Source: Thermomicrobiales bacterium
GTDB lineage: Bacteria > Chloroflexota > Chloroflexia > Thermomicrobiales > UBA6265
Reading direction: 5' to 3'
Assembly: GCA_035708745.1 (NCBI GenBank)
Contig: DASTFJ010000250.1
Coordinates: 7,467 to 71,466, forward strand
DNA: 64,000 nucleotides
This document shows positions 39,680 through 50,205 of the stretch, one piece after another. Position numbers and translations under genes: made by a program. Position 1 is the first letter of the stretch, and each line of letters opens with the position of its first letter. The notes below the pieces were generated by a model. That model saw only the letters and a program-made list of their open reading frames with translations. It ran no database searches and had not been told where the DNA came from.

Positions 39680-40927
39680 ATGACAGTCACCGACCAGGCG
39701 AGCACGACTGGTTCCGCTCCGGCGCCCGGCGAGGGCACGTTCGATGTCCTGCGCCTGAATCCCGCCTTCCGCCGTCTCTGGATGGCGACGGTTTCCACCT
39801 CGCTCGGCCAGTGGATGCAGTCGACTGCCATCGGCTGGCTGGCGCTCGAGCTTTCCGACAAATCGTCGTTCGTCGGGCTGGTGGCATTCGCGGCCGGCAT
39901 TCCCTTTCTCTTCGTCTCGATACCCGGCGGTTTGCTGCTCGACCGGTTTGACCGGCGCAAGGTGCTCATCATCTGTCAGATCATCGCCGCGGTCTGCGCG
40001 GTGCTGATCTCGGTCGATGTGATCAGCGGGCTGGTGCGCACCTGGCACTTGCTGTTGTTTGCGTTCGTCAATGGCTCGATGCAGGCCATCATGAATCCGG
40101 CCCAGCAGGCCATCGTGCCATCGCTCGTTTCCCGCGCGCGGCTGACCAACGGAATCGCGCTCATGAGCGCCGGCCAGAACATGACTCGCGTCGTCGGCCC
40201 GTCGGTCGCCGGGGCCATCATCGGGATCGCCGGCACGGGAGCGGCCTTTCTCTGTCAGGCGGTCGCGCTGATCGCCGCGCTGATGCTTCTGGTCACCGCC
40301 AGGTTTCCGGAGATGTCGGTCCAGCGGGCGGTGACCTCACTGGGATCGGTCTTCGACGGTGCGCGCATCGTCTGGAGCCGGCCCGACCTGCGGGCCATCA
40401 TCACGCTCGTGTCGATCTCGATTCTGATGGTGTTTCCCTACCTCTCCTTCCTGTCCGTTTTCGCACGCGATGTGCTCGTGATCGGACCTGAAGGGCTGGG
40501 CATTCTCATGGCATCGTCGGGATTCGGCGCGGTGGTCGGGTCGATCTATGTCGCGACCCGCAAGCAGCAGCCCAGCGGAAAAACGTACATCCTCACCGGT
40601 ATCGTCTATGGATTCAATATCGCCGCATTCGCGCTGGCGCCGAATCTGCTCTGGGCAGTGTTGCTGCTGATCGCCGCGGGATTTTTGGGCTCCGCGTACG
40701 TCAGCTCGGTGAACGCCGGGATTCAGCACCGCATTGCCGATGACATGCGCGGCCGCGTGATGTCCATTTACATGCTGACCTGGGGATTTACACCGATCGG
40801 GGCGATTGCGATCGGCGAGCTCTCTGCGCACTATGGCATGGCGCAGACGATCGCCACGGCCGCGATCCTGGGCAACGCGCTACTGGCTGCCCAGTATTTC
40901 TTTTCCCCCGCCACTCGCGAGCTCTGA
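39680..40927 (+). CDS. MFS transporter
   Basis: About 12 hydrophobic segments; G.LLDRFDRR motif A and MRGRV. Confidence 0.9.
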   Translation: MTVTDQASTTGSAPAPGEGTFDVLRLNPAFRRLWMATVSTSLGQWMQSTAIGWLALELSDKSSFVGLVAFAAGIPFLFVSIPGGLLLDRFDRRKVLIICQIIAAVCAVLISVDVISGLVRTWHLLLFAFVNGSMQAIMNPAQQAIVPSLVSRARLTNGIALMSAGQNMTRVVGPSVAGAIIGIAGTGAAFLCQAVALIAALMLLVTARFPEMSVQRAVTSLGSVFDGARIVWSRPDLRAIITLVSISILMVFPYLSFLSVFARDVLVIGPEGLGILMASSGFGAVVGSIYVATRKQQPSGKTYILTGIVYGFNIAAFALAPNLLWAVLLLIAAGFLGSAYVSSVNAGIQHRIADDMRGRVMSIYMLTWGFTPIGAIAIGELSAHYGMAQTIATAAILGNALLAAQYFFSPATREL

Positions 40928-42106
40928 GGTTCCACCGAACCGGTGCACGATGCGCCTCGTTTCCGCGCGCGCGGTCGGGGCGATTTCGGCGACCAGCGCC
41001 CGAATCTGGGCGATACGTCGTCCGACATCGGCCGGCCCCGGTTCGATCACCCCAATCTCGTCCAGGAGCTGGGTGTGAACCCAGCGCTGGAGCTCCTTCC
41101 GTACTCGGTTCAGCGATGGCGGCTCCAACGCCGCTGCTTCCGCGTCGGCCAAGATCCATTCGCGCAGCTCGCGATTGGGCAATGGCAACCCGGCGGCTTG
41201 ATTGATCGCGGTGCGGTCGGCCCGCACTCGCTCGGCATCGCCCGCCCAGCTAACGACCAGATCGTATCCCGAGCGACTGCCGGGCATACGCTGGACGATT
41301 TCTTGCTCCACCGATTCGAAATCTGGGCCGGACGCGGAGTACGGACCGAACAACGGGCGATGCATATCGAACCAGCTCGCGCCGGCCGCGCTGGAGAGCC
41401 GCGTGTAATAGAGTCCGAGCAAGAGCTCGTTATCGAGCCGGGAATCGAGTCGGTCGAGCCGTGCCAGTCGCCGGCGCGCTTCCCCACCCGGGATCGGCTG
41501 GGTCAGCTCTCCCGCGGTTGCCTCTAACAGCACGACCTCGTCTGGTTTGACGGTTGCGCGCATGATCCCGCGACCACCCGAGAGCACAAAGGCCGAGAGC
41601 GCACTCTGCGGTGCGAAAAACAGCCCGGGGACGATGGCTCCCTGCTCCTGCCATTCGCCGAGCAACGACGTGTAGGCCGGGCCGACCTCAGCCAGCGCGG
41701 TCAACATCTCGACGCTAACCTGCTTGCTGCGGGCGGTCTCGATCGAAAATTTGGCATCGGCCGCCTGCAACGTCAGGTCGCCATTCGACCGGCCGAGGAG
41801 AACGAAATCTGGATTTTGCAACGACCGCTTCGAGGCGAGGTGAGCCACCAGCGGCAACGCGTCGAGCCGGATAACGTGATCGATCCGGTGCGCACCTCCC
41901 CCGGGGAGCGCAATCTCGACTCCGACCAGCGAGTCGACGTGATCCGAGACGATGTCGCTCCAGCGTGCGCCGATCATGCCGCTGCAGCCGCCCATATCGG
42001 CCAGGCCCATGAGGCGCCGGTCGAGCAGAGCCCGAATCAACGATCCACCGGGTAGCGCACCGGAACGAAGATCACCGTCGGTTTTTGGTTTGGCTGCGAA
42101 GCTCAA
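40880..42106 (-). CDS. Hypothetical protein with a PD-(D/E)XK-like motif
   Basis: 408-aa ORF containing NPDFVL...QAADAKFS; start uncertain. Confidence 0.6.
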   Translation of the reverse strand: MSFAAKPKTDGDLRSGALPGGSLIRALLDRRLMGLADMGGCSGMIGARWSDIVSDHVDSLVGVEIALPGGGAHRIDHVIRLDALPLVAHLASKRSLQNPDFVLLGRSNGDLTLQAADAKFSIETARSKQVSVEMLTALAEVGPAYTSLLGEWQEQGAIVPGLFFAPQSALSAFVLSGGRGIMRATVKPDEVVLLEATAGELTQPIPGGEARRRLARLDRLDSRLDNELLLGLYYTRLSSAAGASWFDMHRPLFGPYSASGPDFESVEQEIVQRMPGSRSGYDLVVSWAGDAERVRADRTAINQAAGLPLPNRELREWILADAEAAALEPPSLNRVRKELQRWVHTQLLDEIGVIEPGPADVGRRIAQIRALVAEIAPTARAETRRIVHRFGGTSELASGGGKEILGSQ

Positions 42107-42268
42107 GGGTTCAATGTTGTCGATTCACGAGTCGAATTCCATGCGGTCGCAAGCATAGCAATTGCCGTCGGCCTTTCCGTAGCATAGGCCGCTCTGGTAA
42201 AACCGTATGGCTGTCATAGCCTTCTCGAGTCGGCCCGATCGATTCGTATCCTGCAGGAGCTCAATGTT

Positions 42269-43906
42269 ATGGTCGCGGTTCAGCCGTACCCCACTGCCAC
42301 GTCCGCTGCCGCCACCGGGGCTCAGCTCGTCATCGAATCGCTCGAAAACCACGGTGTCGACACCGTCTTCGGCATTCCCGGCGTGCATACGCTGGCGCTT
42401 TACGATGCCTTGCACGACTCCTCGATCCGCCATGTGCTCGCCCGGCATGAGCAGGGCGTCGGCTTTATGGCCGATGGCTATGCCCGCGCCACCGGGAAGC
42501 CCGGCGTTGCGGTGGTCATCACCGGCCCCGGCGTTACCAATATCGCAACCGCGGTCGGTGAGGCGTACACCGATTCGTCACCGCTGCTGGTGATCTCGTC
42601 GAATGTCGAGAGCGCCTATCTCGACGATATGCGCGGCAATCTTCATGACTTAAAGGATCAAATGGCAGTCATGAAAGCGGTCACCAAATGGAATGCCCGA
42701 GTGACCGGTGCACACGATGTGACCGGCGTGATGGCCGAGGCGTTCGACCGTCTGAGCTCGGGGCGGCCGCTCCCGGTTCATGTCGAAATACCGCTGGATG
42801 TGCTCGACCAGCAAGCAGAAGGCATCGCCCCCTCACGCGAGCCGTTCATTGTCGTGCCCGAGCCGTCCAGCGCCAAAATCGACCTGGCAGCCGCGCTGCT
42901 GGCCGGCGCTCAGCGGCCGTTTATCTACGCGGGCGGCGGAGCGGTTTCTTCCGGCTCCGCTCCGTTCGTGCGGCAGCTGGCCGAGCGATTGAGGGCGCCG
43001 GTGCTCACCTCGATCATGGGCAAGGGCGCGATTCCAGAAGACCATCCGCTTTCGCTCGGCGCACTCTGGTCGACCGGAAATGTGGTCGACGACTATCTGA
43101 AGCGTGCCGACGTCGTCATCGTCATTGGTTCCAAGCTGGGCGCGCAGGCGACCGACATGTTCCAGATGACCCTGCCGGAAAACCTGATTCGCGTCGATAT
43201 CGATCCGCGCGAGATGCATCTCAATCTCCAGCCCTCCACACCGCTGCTCGGCGATGCGGCGTTGGTGAGCGAACGGTTGGTCGCGGCGCTCTCGGATGCG
43301 GGCGAGCTCTCCGGCGTCGATCAGACTGCCGAGGCCATCGCCGTACGCAATGCGGCCGAGTCGGATGCCTGGTTCGCCGAGCGGCGAAACTACATTGACG
43401 CGCTGCGCCGGGCGATCCCGCGGGACGGCATTCTCAGCACCGATATGACCATGATGAGTTATGTCGCGTGCGGCCTCTATCCGGTCTACGAGCCGCGCAC
43501 CTTCTTTTTCCCGAGTGGATTCGGCACGCTGGGTTTCGCGCTGCCCGCCGCCATCGGCGCCAAGATTGGGCGACCGGAAGCCAGCGTGGTTGCCGTCGTA
43601 GGAGACGGCGGATTCCAGTACACCATGGGCGATCTTGGGTGTGCGGTGCAGGAGCGCCTTGGGCTGCCGATCGTGATCTTCAATGACTCGGCCTACTCTG
43701 CCGTCAAGCACGCGCAGAAGGAGGAGCGGGACGGCCGCTATCTGGCGGTCGATCTGGTCAATCCGGACTACGTCAAGCTGGCCGATGCCTATGGCATCCC
43801 TGGCATGCGCGCAAATTCGCCGGAAGAGTTGGAGCGAGAGGTGAAGCTCGCCTTCGCCCGCGAACTGCCAACGATCATCGACGTGCCGATCGCCCCCTGG
43901 GTCTAG
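42269..43906 (+). CDS. Thiamine diphosphate-dependent enzyme (acetolactate synthase/AruI-like decarboxylase family)
   Basis: FGIPG, RHEQG, TGPG.TN and GDGG...N motifs; no small subunit adjacent. Confidence 0.88.
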   Translation: MVAVQPYPTATSAAATGAQLVIESLENHGVDTVFGIPGVHTLALYDALHDSSIRHVLARHEQGVGFMADGYARATGKPGVAVVITGPGVTNIATAVGEAYTDSSPLLVISSNVESAYLDDMRGNLHDLKDQMAVMKAVTKWNARVTGAHDVTGVMAEAFDRLSSGRPLPVHVEIPLDVLDQQAEGIAPSREPFIVVPEPSSAKIDLAAALLAGAQRPFIYAGGGAVSSGSAPFVRQLAERLRAPVLTSIMGKGAIPEDHPLSLGALWSTGNVVDDYLKRADVVIVIGSKLGAQATDMFQMTLPENLIRVDIDPREMHLNLQPSTPLLGDAALVSERLVAALSDAGELSGVDQTAEAIAVRNAAESDAWFAERRNYIDALRRAIPRDGILSTDMTMMSYVACGLYPVYEPRTFFFPSGFGTLGFALPAAIGAKIGRPEASVVAVVGDGGFQYTMGDLGCAVQERLGLPIVIFNDSAYSAVKHAQKEERDGRYLAVDLVNPDYVKLADAYGIPGMRANSPEELEREVKLAFARELPTIIDVPIAPWV

Positions 43907-43954
43907 TCCGCGCTACTCCGCAATGTCCGTAGTGCAGGATCTCCGTGTCCTGTA

Positions 43955-45994
43955 CTACGCCGGCGGGGACGACGAATCCAAACGCAAGAGACGCTCGACG
44001 CGCCGCGGTTGCAGAATTGCGACCGCGGCGCTCCCTACGCCAAGCACAAGCAGCAGGCGGCCCAGCCAATCCCAGCCGTCGATGCCGTATACGATCTCGA
44101 TCCGTGTGCCCGGCGTCTCGGACGTAACGACCATATACCCCTGGTCGTCCTTGCTGATCGTAGTCTGCTTACCATCGACCGTAGCGGTCCAGCGGGGAAA
44201 CCAATTGCGGCGGATTTCGAATGTCGTCGCGGGCGCGGAAACCACTGCCGCGTAGCGCTGATTGTCAACCTCGATGGAGGTCGTCTCGGCGCCATCCGCG
44301 GTGATGATCGGCGTCGGGTTCTCGACCAGAAACACGCTATAGGCCGAGCCTTGCAAGATCGGCTGCAGCAACGGCGACGCCAGCGCGGCCTGGAGCATTT
44401 GCTGGCTGACGACTACCGCACCGATGCCGTGCGCCTGGAGATACCCGTTATCGAGGGTCGATGCCGGATCGGGATAGGCATGCTCGGTCTCCGGATCGTA
44501 TTGCCCGAAGTGATCGGTTTGCCAATACCAAAGCCAGTCATTGAAGAAAAACGGCCGGTCGCTCCATTGGAACGACCAGAACTGATCGTGCCACGACAGC
44601 ATGCTGCCGAGAACCAGGATCGCGGTGCCAGGTTCAGCACGGGCATCGGCAAGCTCGACCGCCTCTTGTTGATCCAGAAAATAGGACTCACCTGTCATCA
44701 GAACGGGATACATCCCACGGTCGCTCGCGTGAATCGGCGTCGAGTCCAGCACTACATAGAGCAGCAGCGCTGCTATCGCCGTAGCCAGCATGCCCAGATT
44801 CACGATGGCGATTCGGTAACGCTTGGCAAGTCGCGCCGCGATCGTCAAGATCGCATAGACCCCGAGCGCTGCGAGATAAATGGCCAGCGCCCGCTGAAAC
44901 GGCATCAACCGGACGGCCTCGAGCTGTTCGATATGGGGCCCGGGCGTCAAGTCGCTGAGCAGAATCGTCATCAGCACATGCGCCGCCAACGTAAATGCGA
45001 CCAGACGCCCTACGGCCAGCTGTTTCAGCGCGAACACGGAAATCAGCCCGGCGATCGCCAGCACGAAGATCGGCCCCGAAACCGCACTGATGGAGGCATG
45101 CCAGTAGTCGCCGAACGAGCCGTACTTCTGGTAGACGACGAAGTAATACAAATCCTGAAAACGGAGAATCGCGATCAGAAGGGGAGCCGTCACCAGCCCA
45201 GCGATCGTCACGATGACGACCGCGATCGTCGCCTTTCCCCGGATCGCCAGCCGCCGGTCCGATTCCCACGCCAGACAGACGAGTGTTCCCACGGCGACGG
45301 CCCCGAGGGGAAGAAACGAGCGCACATTCGTATAGACCGCAAAAGACGCGACGATCGCCGCAGCGGCGCCCCAGCGCGCCGAACGCGCACGGATGGCCCG
45401 CCAGGCAATCGGCAAGAAGAGCAGCACGGCCACCATGGCGAGAAAACTGCTGACCAATCCCCAATCGACCAGCTCCATATAACCGCCCGACCACCACCAA
45501 CCTCGCGCCGAAAGGTGAAACGCGAGCGCCAGCACGCCCACTCCGAGCGGGAGCTTGTCGAGCTGGGCGAGCAGCAGGAACCCAGCGGCCGGCAGCAGGA
45601 AGATCACGATAATGGCGATCTTGTGCGCCGCCATCATCGGCAGCGTACCCAGGAATAGCGCCCAGATTCCGGTCTCGAACGCGGGGGCGCCGAGCGGATA
45701 GAACTCGACCGGATAGCCACCCTGGTGGGCTGAGATCCAGCGAAGCAACTCGCCATCGAGCAGCGCGTGACGCAACAGATCGGCGCGGGTCGCATGGAAC
45801 GGGTGATCGACACCGCCGAAGGTCTTCACGATGCGCACGGTCGTGCCATCGGCGCGAGCGACCGTGCTCCAGAGATCGAACGCGCCCAGGCGGTGGAACA
45901 CCCAGAGTGAAATCACCAACAAAACGACGACCCAACCCGCATCGATCGCGCGAGCGGTGCGCGGCCGGGATGCCAAGTTGCCCGAACGGTTCAT
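43955..45994 (-). CDS. Polytopic membrane protein, GT-C/YfhO-like glycosyltransferase
   Basis: Early-loop DHPFH and GYPVEFYP, many TM helices, C-terminal NWFPRW.ATVDG then a final TM. Confidence 0.65.
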   Translation of the reverse strand: MNRSGNLASRPRTARAIDAGWVVVLLVISLWVFHRLGAFDLWSTVARADGTTVRIVKTFGGVDHPFHATRADLLRHALLDGELLRWISAHQGGYPVEFYPLGAPAFETGIWALFLGTLPMMAAHKIAIIVIFLLPAAGFLLLAQLDKLPLGVGVLALAFHLSARGWWWSGGYMELVDWGLVSSFLAMVAVLLFLPIAWRAIRARSARWGAAAAIVASFAVYTNVRSFLPLGAVAVGTLVCLAWESDRRLAIRGKATIAVVIVTIAGLVTAPLLIAILRFQDLYYFVVYQKYGSFGDYWHASISAVSGPIFVLAIAGLISVFALKQLAVGRLVAFTLAAHVLMTILLSDLTPGPHIEQLEAVRLMPFQRALAIYLAALGVYAILTIAARLAKRYRIAIVNLGMLATAIAALLLYVVLDSTPIHASDRGMYPVLMTGESYFLDQQEAVELADARAEPGTAILVLGSMLSWHDQFWSFQWSDRPFFFNDWLWYWQTDHFGQYDPETEHAYPDPASTLDNGYLQAHGIGAVVVSQQMLQAALASPLLQPILQGSAYSVFLVENPTPIITADGAETTSIEVDNQRYAAVVSAPATTFEIRRNWFPRWTATVDGKQTTISKDDQGYMVVTSETPGTRIEIVYGIDGWDWLGRLLLVLGVGSAAVAILQPRRVERLLRLDSSSPPA

Positions 45995-46317
45995 GCGGGA
46001 GGCTGCTCGTCGGCCGGTTCGACAGCTTCTTTGTCGCTCGGTGTCAGCGCCAGCCAGAAGAGCGCCAGCACTCCAACCACCACCACTGTGATGCTAGACC
46101 AGTAGACGATATCGAGCGCGGTCTCATTGCCGATGTCCGGCAATCCCTTGTGGAATGCGTTCCAGATATACGGCGCAGACCGGCGGATGTGGTAATAGGG
46201 CGTTATCGCAACGAGCTCACTCCCCCAACGCAGATACCAAAGCAGCAGCGCGCTAAGCGCTGCCCATATGAGCACCCGTGCCGTCAGTAGATGGTTTCGC
46301 TCGAATCGCTGTCGCAT
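45991..46317 (-). CDS. Small two-TM membrane protein
   Basis: Two hydrophobic segments; stop overlaps the next start (ATGA); start uncertain (46317 or 46365). Confidence 0.6.
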   Translation of the reverse strand: MRQRFERNHLLTARVLIWAALSALLLWYLRWGSELVAITPYYHIRRSAPYIWNAFHKGLPDIGNETALDIVYWSSITVVVVGVLALFWLALTPSDKEAVEPADEQPPA

Positions 46318-46330
46318 CCTCAGGCTCGCG

Positions 46331-47929
46331 CTAGTTCTGAATGATGTGCCAATACGGAATGACATTCCGCGTGTAGATGATCAGGTTCATAAACACCAAC
46401 CCGCAAACGATGAGCGCTCGCCCAATTGGTTGCAGTCGCACCGGTAAGAGCGTCCGTCCTCCCACCAGCACCAGAATGGCGAATGCGTTGACGATCGGGA
46501 AGAAATACCGTGCCTGCGTGAGCGCAAACTCGGTGCCGAACTGCACCACCGCCAGATATGCGGTCACAACGGCCACCAGGAACGTCAGCATGCCGATCGC
46601 CTGGGCTCGATCCGGCATCTCGAAGCCGAGCGGGCCGGAGTCGCGGCCGTCGCGCCACTTCCAGGCGGAAAGCAGGGCAAACATGGCGAGCCCGATCAGT
46701 CCAGCGACGATCGGCGCGGCGATGGACCAGAGGAAGCTGCTGTCGAGATGGATTCGGCGCCAACCGAATTCGCCCCAGGTCTCCTTCCAGCGCATCCAGA
46801 CGAATGCTCGATCGAAGAGCATGCCGGTAAATGTTCCACCGGGCTTGTTCCACGGCGATTGCAATGTGCGAATTTGCTCGAACGCGTCCAGGTTGCCATA
46901 GGTTCGGTAAAAGAAGAGATACCAGGGGAGCACCAGCACCCCACCAACCGCAGCGGCCACGATGCCCTTCGGAATCCATTCCTTCACATTGCTGAGACCG
47001 CAGGTCAGAGCGATTGCCAGTGCGATCGCCGGAATGATGAAGATCGAATTGCTCTTGGTCAGCAACGCCAGACCGAGCGCCGCCCCGACCCAGGCGCAGG
47101 TCACATAGTCGAAACCATGCCGGATACCGCGCGCGAGCAAATAGATCACCAGACTGACAAACGCGATTCCGGCGATATCGTTGTTGACCATCGCACTCTC
47201 GTACGAGACCTGCGGCTGAAATGCCACAAACGCGGGCACCGTCATCAGCAAAAAGCGGTCGTTCGGAAAGAGCTGGCGGGTGGTCAGAAAGGCCAGCAGG
47301 ATGATGGCAAGTCCGAAGGGAATCGCCAGCGCCCGCAGGAGATACTGCATCGACTCTGGCGAGAGCGACGCTCCGGCGCGCGCGAAGGGCGCCAGTAGCG
47401 CGTAATAAAGAGGCGGGTGGTTCGCGGCGTATTGTGTTCCGGCCGGAAATTGCCCGATAAATCCCCAGTTTGCCGCCCGAAAGGGGTCATCGAGCCAGCG
47501 CGGGTTCTCCGGCTCACAGGGCGACCAGTCGAGGATGAACTGGCAATACCGGTAATAGTAGGCAGGAAGGATATCGCCCTTCCAGGTCGAGAACTCGGTA
47601 TTGGTCAGCCGCCCGGAAGAATCCAGACAATGCTGCCCGCGGTCGGTCGGGCACCGAAAGAGGGTCGGCACGCGATGATCGGTGGCAACCGTTTCCACAT
47701 AGTTGAAGTGAGCCACCTCGTCATGCCCGCTGAACGGTGGAAAGACGAGGACCGTCAACGCCTGCTTGGCAATGAAAACGACCAGCAGAACCAGCAGGAA
47801 CCGGCCGACGGTGGATTGAGCGAAGCCGGCGAGCGAGTGTTTCCCTGAACGCGATCCCGACGAGACGGTGGCCGCCTCGTCGGGGATCGGGAAATCGTCG
47901 AGCCGGATGGGCCGCTCAGCGGCTTCCAC
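46331..47929 (-). CDS. GT-C fold glycosyltransferase (DUF2142/GT39-like)
   Basis: First-loop HDEVAH, HPPLYY, VNND, LTK and QARY motifs; many TM helices. Confidence 0.75.
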   Translation of the reverse strand: MEAAERPIRLDDFPIPDEAATVSSGSRSGKHSLAGFAQSTVGRFLLVLLVVFIAKQALTVLVFPPFSGHDEVAHFNYVETVATDHRVPTLFRCPTDRGQHCLDSSGRLTNTEFSTWKGDILPAYYYRYCQFILDWSPCEPENPRWLDDPFRAANWGFIGQFPAGTQYAANHPPLYYALLAPFARAGASLSPESMQYLLRALAIPFGLAIILLAFLTTRQLFPNDRFLLMTVPAFVAFQPQVSYESAMVNNDIAGIAFVSLVIYLLARGIRHGFDYVTCAWVGAALGLALLTKSNSIFIIPAIALAIALTCGLSNVKEWIPKGIVAAAVGGVLVLPWYLFFYRTYGNLDAFEQIRTLQSPWNKPGGTFTGMLFDRAFVWMRWKETWGEFGWRRIHLDSSFLWSIAAPIVAGLIGLAMFALLSAWKWRDGRDSGPLGFEMPDRAQAIGMLTFLVAVVTAYLAVVQFGTEFALTQARYFFPIVNAFAILVLVGGRTLLPVRLQPIGRALIVCGLVFMNLIIYTRNVIPYWHIIQN

Positions 47930-47931
47930 CG

Positions 47932-49425
47932 CTAGTGACCAGCGGCCGCTGCGGGTTTCCGGACCTGCTTGATCTCGTGGTACTCCTTCTCGGCATTGAC
48001 CTGATCGAGATCGTGCCGCTCACCGAGAATGTTCTCGGCGGCCAGCAATCCGGTTTCGATGGAATGATCGGTGTTGTTGTAGCGGAAGGTACCGTAACGC
48101 CCGATGATTTGCAGGTTCTCGAACTGGTCGATGAACGCCTTGATCTTTTCCAGCGGCGCCTCGTATCCCATCACATAGGAGGGATACGCCCTTGGCGCCC
48201 GGATGGTGAAGCCACCGATGACCTCGGAACGGTCGATGAATTTCAAGTCATCGACCAGATGGCCGACCGCGTTTTCGACCAGCTCTTCTTCGCTCATCTC
48301 CCAGATGTGGTCGCCAAAGGAGCAAAAATATTCGATGACCAGCGACGTGTAGTCGTCGCCCGGCACCATGGCCGAGCTCCAGTTTTTCGGCTCGTGGAAC
48401 CGGCCGAACAGGATGCGCTTGTCATGGACATAGAGCCAGGTGTCGGGTGTCACCTGCTTGCGTTTGAGCATGAGATTGACGGTGATGATGTTGCGGAAGG
48501 TTAGCGAATCGGCCGCGGCCAGCACATCGGCCGGCGCTTTCGGCTCCATGATCTTCGCCAGCACCGTCAGCGGGATGGACGAGATGTAGTTGGTCGCTTC
48601 GATCCGCTCTGGGCCGTTCTCGGTTTCGACCGTCACGCCCGTTACCCGGTTGCCCTCGCGATGGACCGTGGTAACCCCTGCGCCGAGGCGAACCTCGTTG
48701 CCCATGGCGGTGATCTTGTCGGTCATCCGCTCCGAGAGCCGGCCGAAGCCATATTTCGGATACATGAACTCATCGATCAGCGAGACGACCTCGCCCTTCG
48801 AGGGAATGACAGCATCCTTGACAGCCGTTACCAGGGACATCCCCTTCGACCGCTGAGCCACCCAGTCGCCGCTCATTTGATCGCAGGGGAGCCCCCAGAC
48901 CTTTTCAGAATAATTCTTGAAAAAGAGTTTGAAGAGGGTCGGACCGAACTGGTCGATATAGGCGTCCTGCATCGATTCGATCTCGGTCGGGCGTACCTTC
49001 TTCTGAATGCGGGTGCGGCCATAATCGGCCATTGCTTGCGCTGCCGTGATCGGACCGATCGCCTTCAGCGCATTGCTGATCTTGAGCGGGTAATCGACAA
49101 ACTTGCCATCGAAATAGATGCGGCTGACCCGATTTACCCAGAGCAGCTCCTCGCCGATGACTTCTTTGAAGATGTCATTGAGTCGGTCGTTTTTGGTAAA
49201 CCAGCGGTGACCGCCGATATCGAACTTGAACTCGCCGTATTCGGTGTCGCGCTTGATCGTGCGGGCTAAACCGCCCACGAAGGGCGCGCGCTCCACGACG
49301 GTCGCCTGCACGCCGGCTTTGGTCAGCACATATGCCGAGCAGAGCCCGCCGGGCCCGGCCCCCATGATGAGGGTGTCGCGCGGTTCGGCTCCCTCACCGC
49401 TATGCCCGTTACTCGAAACTGGCAT
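47932..49425 (-). CDS. FAD-dependent oxidoreductase, UDP-galactopyranose-mutase/protoporphyrinogen-oxidase-like fold
   Basis: GAGPGGL, VGGLART, DIGGH, AYP and GRYGTFRYNN.DH motifs. Confidence 0.8.
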   Translation of the reverse strand: MPVSSNGHSGEGAEPRDTLIMGAGPGGLCSAYVLTKAGVQATVVERAPFVGGLARTIKRDTEYGEFKFDIGGHRWFTKNDRLNDIFKEVIGEELLWVNRVSRIYFDGKFVDYPLKISNALKAIGPITAAQAMADYGRTRIQKKVRPTEIESMQDAYIDQFGPTLFKLFFKNYSEKVWGLPCDQMSGDWVAQRSKGMSLVTAVKDAVIPSKGEVVSLIDEFMYPKYGFGRLSERMTDKITAMGNEVRLGAGVTTVHREGNRVTGVTVETENGPERIEATNYISSIPLTVLAKIMEPKAPADVLAAADSLTFRNIITVNLMLKRKQVTPDTWLYVHDKRILFGRFHEPKNWSSAMVPGDDYTSLVIEYFCSFGDHIWEMSEEELVENAVGHLVDDLKFIDRSEVIGGFTIRAPRAYPSYVMGYEAPLEKIKAFIDQFENLQIIGRYGTFRYNNTDHSIETGLLAAENILGERHDLDQVNAEKEYHEIKQVRKPAAAAGH

Positions 49426-49605
49426 TCGTTCGCATTCCTCCAAAATGTGCTGATCGACTTTGCTATCGAGAAGTCACGTTCGAACGCTCCGGTCTGCCCT
49501 CGGGGGCAGGTGACTCCTTCGAGCAACGTTCTCGCGGAGCAGCACGTAAGGGTATACCACCCTCTGCTTCCCTATGCATTCCCCAAACGTCGTAGTGCGA
49601 GCTGG

Positions 49606-50040
49606 CTACTCTTCGTTGGCCCCCCACGTGAAGTGGTTGTTGAGCAGGAAATTCCAGATGGCCGCGGCGCCGGCGCCGAATAAGTTCGCCACAAGGTAAT
49701 GCATGTCCGCCTCGGTGACGAGCGCCCTGAGGATGATCACATTGATGACCAACCCGATCAGATTGATGGGGAAGTATTTGGCGATGCGATGAACGAGCGG
49801 TCCGCTGCCGCGATCATGCCAGGTCCAATGCTCGTTGAGCACGAATGTCACGATCATCGAGGTAAAGATAGCGATGGTGGAAGAAAGAATGAGATGCGAA
49901 CCGAAGCCCTGATGGAGCAGGAAGAGCATTCCTTGATTCACGCCCAGACCGACGGCCCCGACCACCAGAAATTTCTGGAAACGGCGCGCAAGCACCCAGG
50001 CGCGGGCCGCGGGTTGCGGCCAACTTTCAACCGAGAACAT
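49606..50040 (-). CDS. GtrA family lipid-linked sugar translocase
   Basis: KFLVVG, F.LN..WTW and WNFLLN..FTW motifs; four TM helices. Confidence 0.9.
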   Translation of the reverse strand: MFSVESWPQPAARAWVLARRFQKFLVVGAVGLGVNQGMLFLLHQGFGSHLILSSTIAIFTSMIVTFVLNEHWTWHDRGSGPLVHRIAKYFPINLIGLVINVIILRALVTEADMHYLVANLFGAGAAAIWNFLLNNHFTWGANEE

Positions 50041-50205
50041 CGTGCTCGCTGACCCCCCTCGAAGCAACAGCGTGCGGGCCCGTGAGGCTCGGGAATCGAC
50101 CAGCATCCTCTGGACGTATCCAACGAAAACCATACCATGCGCCCGAACGCAGCGCTGAGTTTCCGTCACCCTCGAGCGAGGCATTTTGGACGACCGGCGA
50201 ATGGC

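Noticed and set aside
42269..43906. Biosynthetic acetolactate synthase (ilvB)
   Set aside because: No regulatory subunit or ilvC adjacent, and the sequence looks closer to catabolic ThDP decarboxylases; left at family level
44009..45658. Long alternative-frame ORFs (this 549-aa one, and others such as 32894-34300 and 2851-4152)
   Set aside because: They lie antisense to well-supported genes and lack motifs, as expected in high-GC DNA
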